64,000 nucleotides of DNA from Candidatus Harrysmithiimonas galli. GTDB taxonomy: Bacteria > Bacillota > Bacilli > CAJFEE01. Of this stretch, positions 44,726 through 55,880 are shown piece by piece. The notes beneath the pieces are model-generated. The model was not told the origin of the DNA. It worked only from the letters and a program-made list of their open reading frames with translations, and searched no databases. Made by a program: the position numbers and the translations under genes. The DNA is taken from positions 18,666 to 82,665 of the forward strand of contig CAJFEE010000001.1 in assembly GCA_904373265.1 (NCBI GenBank), read 5' to 3'. Every line of letters begins with the position of its first letter. The first letter of the stretch is position 1.

Positions 44726-45373
44726 TCATACTGAAAAATTTTCTTTGCATACAGCAACTTGATTTAATAAATTCCGATGAAACCATTGATGAAAATTTTG
44801 AATATATTTCGATGCATAATTTTTTTCCCAAACCGAGCAGTGCAAAACTTCGTTCATATAATGTTCATAAATAAACGGTGCACTTAAATAACTCCGAACA
44901 TACAAAAGAACTTCCTCATCCTTTACTTTCTGAAATTCTTTGGTTCGTTTTCCTTCATGAATAATGCTGGAAAATATGTATTTCTCACGCATAAAATATG
45001 TGGTCATAATCTCACGTGCCAATGTTGTGTCCAATAAAATTTCCCGCTGAACAAAGCGTGTCAACTGACGGTTTTCAAATTGGTAATGCAAAATCGTATC
45101 CACAAGTTGTAAAAATAAATCCGTCATTGTCTGATTATTTTCATCTTGTAACACTACATGAATATATGAAAAATATGTCTCAAAATATTGCTTCATCAAA
45201 TATTCCAGCAATCCTTTTTTACTGTCAAAATAATAGGAAATATTGGCAACATTACATTTAGCGGCTGTAGCAATTTCTCGAATACTTGTACCATCAAAAC
45301 CTTGATGTGTAAATAATTGTAAAGCTGCTTTTTCAATTCTTTGCATCATTTCATTTTTCGTTCCGTCATTCAT
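44726..45373 (-). CDS. refZ: TetR-family forespore capture protein RefZ (YttP)
   Basis: GFDGTSIREIA..A..NVANISYYF..K.GLLE, RE..LD.TL.REIMTTY; synteny between ezrA and rpsD. Confidence 0.9.
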   Translation of the reverse strand: MNDGTKNEMMQRIEKAALQLFTHQGFDGTSIREIATAAKCNVANISYYFDSKKGLLEYLMKQYFETYFSYIHVVLQDENNQTMTDLFLQLVDTILHYQFENRQLTRFVQREILLDTTLAREIMTTYFMREKYIFSSIIHEGKRTKEFQKVKDEEVLLYVRSYLSAPFIYEHYMNEVLHCSVWEKNYASKYIQNFHQWFHRNLLNQVAVCKENFSV

Positions 45374-45656
45374 AGCCAAAACTCCCCCAAAATACAACTT
45401 CCCTTTTCTTATATGTATTTCGTGCACATCTTCCAGATTCCTTGAGGTTTCGATTGTCAAAATTTCGTTTCATTCGACAAAACATAATGGACTCAATTTA
45501 TAAAATCGATATAAATTCTCATAAAATAAAATCAGGTTCCTATCAAACCTTTGAACCAGTTTTTAAACATGGCTTTGATTTTCTATCAACTATATTTTAC
45601 TAAAACTTCTCAGATCTTTATCGATCACTTATATCCATGTTTTCATTCTGAAACGC

Positions 45657-45685
45657 TTGACTTCAGTTGTTGAAAAAAATATAAT
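45657..45685 (+). promoter_or_regulatory. sigA promoter of rpsD
   Basis: TTGACT-17-TATAAT. Confidence 0.85.
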
Positions 45686-45691
45686 GAAGTT

Positions 45692-45874
45692 TGTGTAAAA
45701 TATTGCAGCTGATATGCAGGGGGCACTGATTTGATTTTATTCCCCAAAATTTGGTGGTGTATCGTGTAACTCATTGCTGCAGAGCGAAGATACATGAAAA
45801 TAAAATCTACAGGTCATCGGCATACGGTTTTTATTTTACCCAAAATAAAAACATAAAAGGAGGACATAATTACT
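45692..45874 (+). ncRNA. rpsD (S4) autoregulatory leader
   Basis: About 180-nt leader with GTGTAAAATA..TGCAGC...CGTGTAAC....GCTGC...CGAAGATACA elements known from Bacilli S4 leaders. Confidence 0.7.
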
Positions 45875-46474
45875 ATGTCACGCTACACAGGTTCATCTTG
45901 GAAATTATCTCGCCGTCTCGGTATCTCTTTAACCGGAACAGGCAAAGAATTGGAAAAACGTCCCTATGCTCCAGGACAACATGGTTCATCTCGCAAAAAG
46001 ATATCTGAATATGGATTACAATTGCAAGAAAAACAAAAACTTCGACATATGTACGGTGTAAACGAACGTCAATTCCGCAATTTATTTAACAGTGCCGGAA
46101 AATTATCTGGTAAACATGGTGAAAATTTTATGATTCTTTTGGAGTCTCGCCTAGATAATTTGGTTTATCGTATGGGCCTTGCTCGCACACGTCGCGGAGC
46201 ACGTCAATTGGTTAACCACGGACATATTTTAGTCAATGGAAAACGTGTTGATATCCCTTCTTTCCGTGTAAAAGTTGGTCAAACCATTTCTGTTCGTGAA
46301 AAATCTTTCAATAATGTTTCCATTAAAGATGCTTTGGAGGTCAACAATTTTGTTCCAGAATATTTAAATATGGATGTAGAAAAAAAATCAGCTACATTAA
46401 CACGACTTCCAGACCGTTCTGAATTAGCGCCTGAAATTAACGAAGCATTAATCGTTGAGTTCTATTCTCGTTAA
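45875..46474 (+). CDS. rpsD: 30S ribosomal protein S4
   Basis: [44 protein letters not shown]. Confidence 0.99.
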   Translation: MSRYTGSSWKLSRRLGISLTGTGKELEKRPYAPGQHGSSRKKISEYGLQLQEKQKLRHMYGVNERQFRNLFNSAGKLSGKHGENFMILLESRLDNLVYRMGLARTRRGARQLVNHGHILVNGKRVDIPSFRVKVGQTISVREKSFNNVSIKDALEVNNFVPEYLNMDVEKKSATLTRLPDRSELAPEINEALIVEFYSR

Positions 46475-46895
46475 TTGAAAAACATTGTAAATCTGCATAG
46501 TATAAAACACGCAAAACACTGATCTAATATCACAGTGTTTATACGTGTTTTTTTATTTGCTTACTTTATATCATTAAATAAAAAATTGTTTTGAAGGAGA
46601 TCTTGAGTCAGAAAATAAAAAAATAAACACATAGACAAAGTTTTTCCAAAAAATCTTACTGATAACCATACCACATCAATTTTAATTGCACTGTTTCAAT
46701 ATCCAAATGATCGGATCAGCTTGAAGCTTTATACACAAGATCCATTAAAAATCAAACTTCAAGATTTTCAAATCCCTGTACAATAAAAAAATAAATTTTT
46801 TCTCATAAATCTCTCATTTTTTTACCATAAATTTTATTTGGATGGTTTCATTTTTTTATCATATGCTGGATATAAAAATAAAAGGAGAAGTTCCA

Positions 46896-47441
46896 ATGAA
46901 TAAATGGAGTTTACTATTATTGACAATCGTTGGGATCCTAATGATTGTCACACCAGATATACAAGCATCAGCCGCTATTACGTCGTTTGAAAATGCAGAT
47001 GATTACGATGATATGTACTATGAACAAGCACCACAAAACATATTTTTATATGAATTGTATGACGATGGAACGGAAACCATCGGACAAATTGTACGATGTA
47101 TTTTTCTGATCTGTCTTGCACTTTTTATCCCTGTACAATTATTAAAAACAAAAATATTGGGTGATGAACAACGACAATTTGTATCTAAGGCACGAAATCT
47201 ACTTTTTAAGATTCATATGCCAATCGCCTTTATTGGGGTGCTTGCGTTAATCGGGCATGCTACACTTGCTTTTTATACCCAGCCCTATTTATCATGGAAT
47301 CATATTACAGGAATCTTTGCCGCTATTCTTTGTGGTATCGTTATCGTTTTTGGCTTCTATCGCAAAAAGCAAAAACATATTGGGTCACATTTAATATTTG
47401 CATTGATCTTTCTCATTGCATTTTTAATCCATAGCTCATAG
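46896..47441 (+). CDS. Hypothetical membrane protein, possibly cytochrome b/ferric-reductase-like
   Basis: Signal-like N-terminus, acidic stretch, then TM helices with paired His (KIHMPIAFIGVLALIGH; SHLIFALIFLIAFLIH). Confidence 0.65.
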   Translation: MNKWSLLLLTIVGILMIVTPDIQASAAITSFENADDYDDMYYEQAPQNIFLYELYDDGTETIGQIVRCIFLICLALFIPVQLLKTKILGDEQRQFVSKARNLLFKIHMPIAFIGVLALIGHATLAFYTQPYLSWNHITGIFAAILCGIVIVFGFYRKKQKHIGSHLIFALIFLIAFLIHSS

Positions 47442-47474
47442 ATCAAAAACAAATTGTAAACTGAATCATCCAAA

Positions 47475-47518
47475 AAAGCGGTCACAAACCATTATGCTAA
47501 GTTTTGACCGCTTTTTTT
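47475..47518. terminator. Bidirectional terminator
   Basis: AAAAAAGCGGTCA...TGACCGCTTTTTTT between convergent genes. Confidence 0.8.
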
Positions 47519-47597
47519 ATTCTTTTCTTCAAGACATCTTCTAAATAATAGAAACCACATGCAAAAGATCAACTGTTGATACACACTACTACCATTT

Positions 47598-48869
47598 TTA
47601 TTGATATTGAATCACTGTATACTTCTTTTTCCCTCGACGAATGATGGTATAACAGGATTCAATTTTCACTGCTTCATCAACGATGTAATTTAAATCTGTA
47701 ATCCGTTCACCATTTAGATAAATGGCTCCATTTGTGATATCCTCTCGGGCTTGACGTTTAGATGGGCAAATTTTCGATTCAACCAATAAATCTATCAATG
47801 CATAATCTTTTGAATCAGCATGATAAGATGGTACATCCTTAAAACCTTGCTCAATTTCTTTTTTCGTTAAGTTTTTAATCTCTCCACTAAATAAAGCCTC
47901 TGAAATTTTTATCGCTTGCAAAAGTGCCGCTTTCCCATGAACAAGCTCAGTCATTTGTGCTGCCAACGCTTTTTGTCCAGCACGCAAACCTGGATTTTCC
48001 TCTGTTTGCTTTTCTAAATCCAAAATTTCTGCATGACTTAAGAATGTGAAATATTTTAAATATTCAATTACTTTAGTATCCTCGACATTTAACCAAAATT
48101 GATAAAACTCATATGGGGAAGTTTTTTCTGCATCCAGCCAAACCGCTCCACCGACCGATTTACCAAATTTGGATCCATCCGCCTTGGTAACAAGTGGTAC
48201 AGTTAAACCAAATGCTTTAGGCTGTGTATCTTCTGTATCCTTTTCCAGCTTCCGTAGCAATTCTAATCCAGATGTAATATTGCCCCACTGATCCGAACCA
48301 CCAACTTGAAGCTTACATCCAAAACGCTTATTCAATTCCACAAAATCATAAGATTGTAAAATCATATAGGTAAATTCAGTGAAAGATAAACCATTTGCTA
48401 GACGGCTGGAAACTGAATCCTTTGCCAACATATAATTGATATTAAAATTTTTTCCAACATCACGTAAAAAAGTAATTATGTCGATTTCGGAAAGCCATGT
48501 ATAATTATTTGCCATAATCGCAGCATTTGGACCTTCAAAATTCAAAAAACGAGCAAGTTGATCGCAAATAGCCTTTGCATATCCATGAACGGTTTCAACT
48601 GTATTTAACACACGTTCATCACTGCGACCACTTGGGTCTCCAATCATTCCGGTCGCACCACCAACCAATGCAATAGGACGATGCCCCGCCATTTGAAAGC
48701 GACGTAAAACCAAAATCGGTAGAAGATGCCCAACATGTAAACTATCTGCTGTCGGATCAAATCCGGTATACATAGTCACTTGCTCTGTTTGAAATAATTT
48801 TTCCAAGCCTGCCTCATCTGTCACTTGGTTGATTAAACCTCGAAACTTTAAATCCTCCCAAATATTCAT
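47598..48869 (-). CDS. tyrS: Tyrosyl-tRNA synthetase
   Basis: GFDPTADSLHVGH, QVGGSDQWGN, KFGKS, C-terminal S4 domain RRGKK. Confidence 0.99.
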   Translation of the reverse strand: MNIWEDLKFRGLINQVTDEAGLEKLFQTEQVTMYTGFDPTADSLHVGHLLPILVLRRFQMAGHRPIALVGGATGMIGDPSGRSDERVLNTVETVHGYAKAICDQLARFLNFEGPNAAIMANNYTWLSEIDIITFLRDVGKNFNINYMLAKDSVSSRLANGLSFTEFTYMILQSYDFVELNKRFGCKLQVGGSDQWGNITSGLELLRKLEKDTEDTQPKAFGLTVPLVTKADGSKFGKSVGGAVWLDAEKTSPYEFYQFWLNVEDTKVIEYLKYFTFLSHAEILDLEKQTEENPGLRAGQKALAAQMTELVHGKAALLQAIKISEALFSGEIKNLTKKEIEQGFKDVPSYHADSKDYALIDLLVESKICPSKRQAREDITNGAIYLNGERITDLNYIVDEAVKIESCYTIIRRGKKKYTVIQYQ

Positions 48870-48894
48870 TTATCTTTTTCCTCCTTATAAAAAT

Positions 48895-49135
48895 AAAAAA
48901 TCCCTACATCTTTAAGTATGTAGGGACGAAATTTCTCGCGGTACCACCCTGATTGCAAATCATATATCCATCGATTTGCCACTTTCACATTCTGTAACGA
49001 GAATGACACGTTTAATTTTGATCAAATGGCTCCAAGTCGTATTTCGCTTTTTTTCTATGTGTCGATTTTCAGCAAACCACCGACTCTCTAGGACAGGGAG
49101 AAAGAAAACTACTTCAACTTTTCTACGCCGTATCT
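48895..49135 (-). ncRNA. T-box riboswitch (Tyr)
   Basis: Stem I with AGAGA and GCTGA motifs, specifier GAAATAC (TAC = Tyr), T-box AATCAGGGTGGTACCGCG, terminator TCCCTACAT..ATGTAGGGA. Confidence 0.95.
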
Positions 49136-49146
49136 ATATGAAACTT

Positions 49147-49175
49147 ATTCTATACGGAGTAAAACGGAAAGTCAA
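49147..49175 (-). promoter_or_regulatory. sigA promoter of tyrS
   Basis: TTGACT-17-TAGAAT. Confidence 0.85.
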
Positions 49176-49230
49176 CCAGTCCTTTCCTTTTGAATAAAAA
49201 TATACAATTTGTATATGTAAAAAAATTCCC

Positions 49231-49950
49231 TCATTCAAACCCAATGACTAAAACCATTTTAAAATAACAGCTCAAACCTTTTTGCATACTTATTTTTTCT
49301 GATAGTTGATTCCAGCCATTCCAATTTTTTTGATATACAGGTTCAACTTTGTTATTTTTTCTTTCGAATAATGCCATAACAGACCCATCCACCCAAAACC
49401 ATCGAACCGATATAGTCAACCGTATCCAAAGATAGGCGTCCAAAGAACCATCTAGACACATTCGTTGTAGCCATTGGCTTGAATCTGATAATCAAGCTGC
49501 TGATAAAATCATCAAAATAAGATGATTCACCACCTGTTCAATCTTCTAAAACGCCTTATCTACACCCGTCAACTTATATTCACCTTGATTTATCCTTTAA
49601 CCCGCATTTACAGTAGATTTCTCAATCCAATTGGAATTTCCTTCACTTTTTCATTTGACAAATTATGTGGCAAAGCTCTTCTTTCAATCCACCTTTAAAA
49701 AATGATTTTTTATTTCCTTAAATATATATTGACAAGATCCATAAAATTGATTTCTAAATTTAACACAGTACACCTTGAATGGTAACAAAGTCCACAAATC
49801 AAAATGGAAACAACGAAAAACGATTGCATATGATATTTTAGAATTTTTTATCCCTATACATGTAACTGACACTCGACACTAAAATAGCCAAAAAAAAAAA
49901 AACGGAAAACCTATCTGATAAAACAAAGTATATGATATCCATCTATGGAC
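49231..49950 (-). pseudogene. Eroded YitV-like alpha/beta hydrolase; ends approximate
   Basis: Fragments FKEIKNHFLK, WIEKS and LLWHYSKE resemble YitV (LKNHFEK, WIKA, LFWHGAKD); sits divergent from yitU as in B. subtilis. Confidence 0.4.
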
Positions 49951-50118
49951 AACCTGCCAAATTTTATCAGCTTGCTTATAATCAAAAATACTACTGTTGT
50001 GACATGCATGATACAATCATTTCTAATCACAACAAAATTAGACTACATCATATTTTTTGCAGCTATTTTTTCTGATCTATGGTATAGTTATATTTTAAGA
50101 CAATAGGAGGAATGTTCC

Positions 50119-50946
50119 ATGAAACGACATTTAATTGCGTTAGACTTAGATGGTACATTACTGACAAATGATCATCGAATTACCGCACGAACTGAAAAAG
50201 TTCTTCTAACATTAATAAAACAAGGTCACATTGTTGTCATTGTAACAGGAAGACCCTTTCATTCCAGCATTGGCTATTATCAACAACTTGGCCTAAACAC
50301 TCCGCTGATTAATCATAATGGTGCTTTGATCCAAAATCCGTCTCAACCCTTTGCAAAGATGGTTCATCATACACTGGATTTTATGGTCGCTAAACAAATT
50401 ATTCAAGTGCTGGAAAAAAGCTTCAATCTGATTGCACTTTCTGCAGAACGACTACAAGCAGTTTATTTACAAAAATCTTCACCGATTTTTGAATATTTAT
50501 ACCAAATTGGAACGCCAGAAATGATTCGAGGGGACATTTTACAAAATTTACAGTATGCTCCTACCTCTCTGTTGCTTCATACAAAAGAAGAGGAGACTGA
50601 ATCGATTAAACAATATTTAGAAAAACATTTTTCTTCTTATATTGAACACCGATCTTGGGGAATGCCAACAACAATTGTTGAAGTGACCAAACGAGGTATT
50701 AACAAAGCAGCTGCTCTTCAACAAGTCGCAGATGCTTATCATATCCAGAAAGAACAAATCATTGCCTTTGGAGATCAGGATAATGATTTTGAAATGTTGC
50801 AATTTGCAGGAATTGGTGTTGCAATGGAAAATGCATATCCAAAACTAAAAGAAATTGCCAATGCTGTAACATTAACCAATGAAGAAGAAGGTGTTGCCGA
50901 GTTTTTAGAATCTGTCTTTTCCCAAGCAGAAAAAATGGCGCAATAA
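50119..50946 (+). CDS. yitU: Cof-type HAD-IIB hydrolase (YitU-like)
   Basis: DLDGTLL, TGRP, NG A, INKA, AFGDQDNDFEML..AG.GVAM.NA, NEEEGVA. Confidence 0.92.
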   Translation: MKRHLIALDLDGTLLTNDHRITARTEKVLLTLIKQGHIVVIVTGRPFHSSIGYYQQLGLNTPLINHNGALIQNPSQPFAKMVHHTLDFMVAKQIIQVLEKSFNLIALSAERLQAVYLQKSSPIFEYLYQIGTPEMIRGDILQNLQYAPTSLLLHTKEEETESIKQYLEKHFSSYIEHRSWGMPTTIVEVTKRGINKAAALQQVADAYHIQKEQIIAFGDQDNDFEMLQFAGIGVAMENAYPKLKEIANAVTLTNEEEGVAEFLESVFSQAEKMAQ

Positions 50947-51784
50947 CTCAAACATATTCATATGAAAACCGCTTATTATTTATAAATTTTGGGAGTCAGT
51001 AAAAATAAAAGTGATTTTTTAAGAATTAAGAAATGATAAAATTCTCGATATAATGAATGATTAATAGGATTTTATTTCTTTCATACATTTGCTTCAAAAA
51101 TGCATTTACCATCTTACAGACAAAATATCTCTTCAAAACAACGCATAGCCACAAAGAAAAATACATGTGCTTTATTTTATTAAAGCAAGCCATTTGCATA
51201 AAAGTCCATACATTTTCTTAGCCTTTCATTGTTTTAGAAAGGAAAAATCTTTTCATGAACAACAAGAATTTTCCTTTCTAGACATTTTTAAGAAAAAAGG
51301 TTTTATATACAAGAGAATGATCAGATAACTTTGGAAAAAAACCGATAACCAAAATACGAAACCATGAACAAACAACAAAAAATTCCCATCACTGATGGCA
51401 CAAAAAAGTAAAGAATGATACAAAATAATTTCTTCAAAACATTGATACATCTTAGGACAATCCATGAAAAAGAACATAAGTTCACACACAATATCTTTGA
51501 AAAAAAAGACATTTCTATGTATAATTTTTCATCTGAATCACTTTTGTCCTTTTCACTCACATTGTTGCCTTCCATCTCATGATAAGAACAAAAACAAAAT
51601 GATAGTTAAATCGATTTTTGAAACTTTTGTACGGGTAGCCTGCCAAAGAAAAGACCGAAGACATACTGAATTTATTAGCCAACTGGCTTGCAAAACATAA
51701 CCAAATATGAAAGACTTTTATATTGCCTTTATCTTAGCTTCTTTCTTCCTTAAAAATCCATTCCTCTTTTTTCATTCTCTATTT

Positions 51785-52648
51785 TTATGATGTCATATAC
51801 TTCCGTTTAAAATTCCCTTGGATATCAACCGTTTCAACAATATTTGTAAATGCACTTGGATCCACTTCCTTTAACGTGCGGTTCAATTCATACAACTCAT
51901 ATCTTGTTAGTACAATCATTAAAACCCCCTTCTGTTCATGCGTATAGCCACCCTCTGCTGGCAAAAGTGTGGCACCACGAACCATTCGCGAAAAGATAGC
52001 CTCTCGAACTGCTTCTACATTTTTTGTGATTACAAAAGCCGTCAACTTCACCTGTGCTGTATGAACAAAATCCACTACACGCATAGAAGCATATAATGAA
52101 ATCATTGTATACAATGCACGCTCCCACTCAAAGAAAATCCCAGCAAAAAGTACGATCACAACATTAATCATAAACAAATAACTGCCAACTGATTTCCCCT
52201 TATGAAAAGAGGCAACCAATGCAATAATATCCAAACCACCTGTTGAGGCTCCATATCGTAAAGTTACACCAATGGCTAAACCTGCCAATACACCACCAAA
52301 AATTGAATTAAGCAGTATATCTTCAGAAACCGATAAAATGGGAACAAACTCTAATGCCAAGGACATCACCAAAACGCTGTATCCGCTGTAAAATGTAAAT
52401 GATTTTCCAATCTCTTTCCATGCCAAATAAATAATCGGGACGTTAAAAACAAGCAACAGTAACCCAGTTGAAATATGTATGTCAAAATATCTTTCTGCAA
52501 TTCCAGTTATCAATTGCGAAACACCTGCTATTCCGCCAGTAAACAAATTCGCTGGTGTTAAAAAGAAATTTAACGCACAAGCATACAAAATGGCCGCAAA
52601 CGTAACAATCAATAATTTTTTTAGTTTCTCTAAGCTGTCATTTTTCAT
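51785..52648 (-). CDS. yitT: YitT-family membrane protein
   Basis: GGIAGVSQL, NVPI, GASTGGLDI, RGAT...GGYT motifs. Confidence 0.9.
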   Translation of the reverse strand: MKNDSLEKLKKLLIVTFAAILYACALNFFLTPANLFTGGIAGVSQLITGIAERYFDIHISTGLLLLVFNVPIIYLAWKEIGKSFTFYSGYSVLVMSLALEFVPILSVSEDILLNSIFGGVLAGLAIGVTLRYGASTGGLDIIALVASFHKGKSVGSYLFMINVVIVLFAGIFFEWERALYTMISLYASMRVVDFVHTAQVKLTAFVITKNVEAVREAIFSRMVRGATLLPAEGGYTHEQKGVLMIVLTRYELYELNRTLKEVDPSAFTNIVETVDIQGNFKRKYMTS

Positions 52649-52667
52649 CTTAATCCCTTCATTTCAT

Positions 52668-53531
52668 TCATTCTTCTTTTTTCAAACGCATATCATAAGT
52701 CCAGCCATCCACTTGGAAAATCTTTCTCTCTTTATACAAATGACCAAGCGCTCGTTTAAAAGCCGCTTTACTCATATGAAATTTCTCATAAATATCTTCA
52801 GGGCGACTTTTGTCACTATAAGGCATTGCTCCATTTCGTTCTTCAATATACGCCCAAATTTTCTGTGCATCTGCATCTTGTTTTTCATAACCTCTTGGAA
52901 TCAATGATAGATTTACTGTTCCGTTCACCTTCACATCAATCACACGTCCAGACATCATTTGTCCCAACCGTGGTTCAAACTGTCGCTCCGATTCATGTAC
53001 AAATCCATAAAAACCCTCAGTCGTAAAAATATGTGTGCCAATTTTTCTTGTGCGAACCACAATTCCATCTATATCCAGATTAAAGGCTCGCTCATCTGCA
53101 TCTACACGAATGGCATCGAAAATTTGTTCCGTTGCAAGCTTTCCAATTAAATTCCCTTGATTTGTAATTTTCATCGTGCAGTACAAACGATCTCCAACCA
53201 TTGGCCACACCTTTGAATGTGCTGGTAAATCAGAAGCACCGATAAATAAATCCTTTGTCAATCCAGTTCGAACAAAAACGCCCCGCTCAGGTAATACCTT
53301 TATCACTTCTGTCCATCCGTAAACACCTGGACGAATTTTTGGAATATGCATCGTCGCTGCAATACGCCCCTGATGATCTCGATATACAAATACTTGAACC
53401 GTATCACCAACCATAAAATTTTGCGTTGCCTCATTTTTATGTAAAAAAATTTCCTCAGGTTTTCCATCCAAAATATATCCATCCTCAAACGAACGAATAA
53501 TCTCCAAGCTACCCACTTCTCCGATTCCCAA
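52668..53531 (-). CDS. cvfB: S1 RNA-binding protein CvfB/YitL
   Basis: VF.YRD..GRI.AT, GVFV..GL.KD, S.PEDI...F.MSKAAFKRALG.LYK. Confidence 0.92.
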   Translation of the reverse strand: MGIGEVGSLEIIRSFEDGYILDGKPEEIFLHKNEATQNFMVGDTVQVFVYRDHQGRIAATMHIPKIRPGVYGWTEVIKVLPERGVFVRTGLTKDLFIGASDLPAHSKVWPMVGDRLYCTMKITNQGNLIGKLATEQIFDAIRVDADERAFNLDIDGIVVRTRKIGTHIFTTEGFYGFVHESERQFEPRLGQMMSGRVIDVKVNGTVNLSLIPRGYEKQDADAQKIWAYIEERNGAMPYSDKSRPEDIYEKFHMSKAAFKRALGHLYKERKIFQVDGWTYDMRLKKEE

Positions 53532-53697
53532 ACTACATTCTCCTTTATAATCATTGATTTATTTTTTCAAAAAACAATGCTGTTTTTGCCTTTCAGTATA
53601 TCATAAGATATCCCTTTGCTTGTTATTTTTCAGTAAAACTTTGTATAATATACTGGAATTATTTATTGTTTATTTTTTCATAAGGAGGATTTCCCAA

Positions 53698-54192
53698 ATG
53701 GCAAAAGATTGTTCATTCGATATCATTTCAAAAATTGACAAAATGGAAGTACAAAATGCAGTTCAAATGGCAATAAAAGAAATTTCAACTCGCTATGATT
53801 TTAAAGGCAGCAAAAGCGATATCCAGCTTAAAGAGGACATACTCACATTGATTTCCGATGATGAATTTAAATTAAATCAGTTAAAAGATGTTTTAATAAG
53901 CAAATTGATCAAACGCAATGTACCCATTAAAAATTTAGATGAGCAAAAAATTGAAGCTGGCTCACAAAATACTGTTCGTCAAAATATTTTACTGGTTTCC
54001 GGAATCGACAAAGACAATGCAAAAAAAATCAATCAAGCGATCAAAGAGTCTAAATTAAAAGTGAAATCACAAATTCAGGATGAACAAATTCGCATTACTG
54101 GAAAAAGCAAAGACGAATTGCAACAAGTAATTGCACTTTTAAAACAAAAAGATTTGCCGATTGAACTGCAATTTGTCAATTATCGATCGTAA
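53698..54192 (+). CDS. yajQ: YajQ-family nucleotide (c-di-GMP) binding protein
   Basis: [41 protein letters not shown]. Confidence 0.95.
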   Translation: MAKDCSFDIISKIDKMEVQNAVQMAIKEISTRYDFKGSKSDIQLKEDILTLISDDEFKLNQLKDVLISKLIKRNVPIKNLDEQKIEAGSQNTVRQNILLVSGIDKDNAKKINQAIKESKLKVKSQIQDEQIRITGKSKDELQQVIALLKQKDLPIELQFVNYRS

Positions 54193-54308
54193 AATTCATT
54201 TTATTCTGAAATATACTTTCTTATTTTACAGGAACAGTACATCTTTTATTGTATATGATTGCACATACTCGGATATTTTCAGATAATTGATAAGCTTTAT
54301 AAAAGCCC

Positions 54309-54337
54309 TTTACAATTTATTTTTTGTCCCCTATAAT
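54309..54337 (+). promoter_or_regulatory. sigA-like promoter with no downstream ORF
   Basis: TTTACA-17-TATAAT. Confidence 0.5.
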
Positions 54338-54535
54338 GTAACTAAAACAATATGGCGTCAATAAATATACAAGTCGACTGATGACTATATTTATGGAAAC
54401 CACAAGAGCTTAATGCTATTAACACAAAGAAAAATAGACTCACAAAATTACATCTATGGAAACGTATTTCTTCGAAAAGATATAAGCTCAAATCATAGTA
54501 AAATATTTCTTATTGGAAATATTTACCCATCCCCC

Positions 54536-54577
54536 AAAAAAGAGTTTTGCTAACATTTGAAGAAAACTCTTTTTTTT
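54536..54577 (+). terminator. Intrinsic terminator
   Basis: AAAGAGTTTT...AAAACTCTTTTTTTT. Confidence 0.6.
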
Positions 54578-55029
54578 ATTTGATTTAAACATAAAATTCA
54601 CATATTTCAAACGATGGATGGAAAAACAGGACAAAATCCAAAGATCATGTCTTCGCATTTATCGTTCTGCTTTTTTCTGCTCAGTCAAAAAACAGACAGC
54701 AAGAAAGAGCATACTCATCTTTTCCCCTATAAAAATTTCGCTTATGTAAATCCTTCGATAAGAACAGATCTGGAATCAGCCTTTTTAAGAACTAGAATAG
54801 GTTTGTCTCAATTTCACAAAAAATTATCTGATGTTTATCGGGTTAAATAAGAAACCAAGACAAAATGAAAAACCTTATTCTCATCAACAAATATTTCAAA
54901 ATCATAAAATTCATATGTTTGGTTATAAAGATGAACCAATGGAAAACTTTATATAGAATTTTGCACCCACAGTCTTTTTTCTTTAAATCAAATCTTTTTG
55001 TTTTATCCCTGATTTAAACATGGATGTTA

Positions 55030-55520
55030 ACAATTAAAAGTCAAACTTATCCATTTAAGTTATCTGAAAGTCAAAACTTAAGCATAAAATTACGAGTAGC
55101 CTTAATTCTTATTTTAAAACGTTCACCACTTCTTCAATCACCATAACTTTCTCGTGGCACAAAAATAGCCTCTAGCCTATAAATGATGATCTTTAATATC
55201 TTTTTTTATTTAAGAAATTCCTCTTAGGACAAACTTAACGCTTTACCTTTCAAATGGTATATGATTCGACTTAATGTCATACTTGAAAGGATGTAACTAT
55301 AGTAACATAGTAAATAAATGTGGTCTTTTTTGTCACTTTCTTCATAATAAGATCGTGATCTTTTCAGCTTTACACTCTTTTTTTATTCATTCTCTTGTTC
55401 ACGAACAAACCCAATCATTCCACTCTTTATCGCAATATTCCGTTACTTAAGTTATGATATTTCATATCTATCCGTCATGAATATTTTTTGTCATAATGTT
55501 CCATACATTTCCCTTCACCT
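55030..55520 (-). mobile_element. tnpA: Decayed IS200 element (second tnpA type); ends approximate
   Basis: MEHY..DMKYH, CKAEKITIL, KDHIYLL (HUH relic), LSRIIYHLKGK, EEF..KKRY, ARGYFCAT; disrupted by stops and frameshifts. Confidence 0.75.
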
Positions 55521-55751
55521 TTAGTATTAACACAGAAAAAAAACAAAAAACAGATACCATTTCTGTAGACAATCGTATGAAACCACATATGGGTTAACCA
55601 AAATCAAATACATAGTTTATTTTTACACATCCCTTTGATCCTGTTAAAACTCACTCAAATAAATCAACAATGGCTCATTATTCATTTATCAATTTTATGG
55701 TTGCATTTTCCTTTTCACCTCCCTTATAAAATCCTGAAAAAACTTTCTATA

Positions 55752-55768
55752 TGTTATATTTTATAACA
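55752..55768. promoter_or_regulatory. TnrA/GlnR box (upstream of -35)
   Basis: TGTTA-N7-TAACA upstream of amtB. Confidence 0.85.
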
Positions 55769-55823
55769 TTAAATGTTATTTTTTTTTAAAAATTCCTTGA
55801 TTTTTCCTTTGAAAAAATTATTA

Positions 55824-55840
55824 TGTAATAAAATATAACA
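55824..55840. promoter_or_regulatory. Second TnrA/GlnR box (at -10/+1)
   Basis: TGTAA-N7-TAACA. Confidence 0.75.
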
Positions 55841-55880
55841 TAAAATGATGTTACAAGATCATTTATTAGGAGGAAGTATT

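Noticed and set aside
51253-51760. Short overlapping ORFs downstream of yitT
   Set aside because: No convincing RBS or family motif; likely shadows or decayed sequence.
54350-54395. Fluoride-riboswitch-like CTGATGAC
   Set aside because: Lacks the GGCGATG..CGCC stem and any downstream fluoride-related gene.
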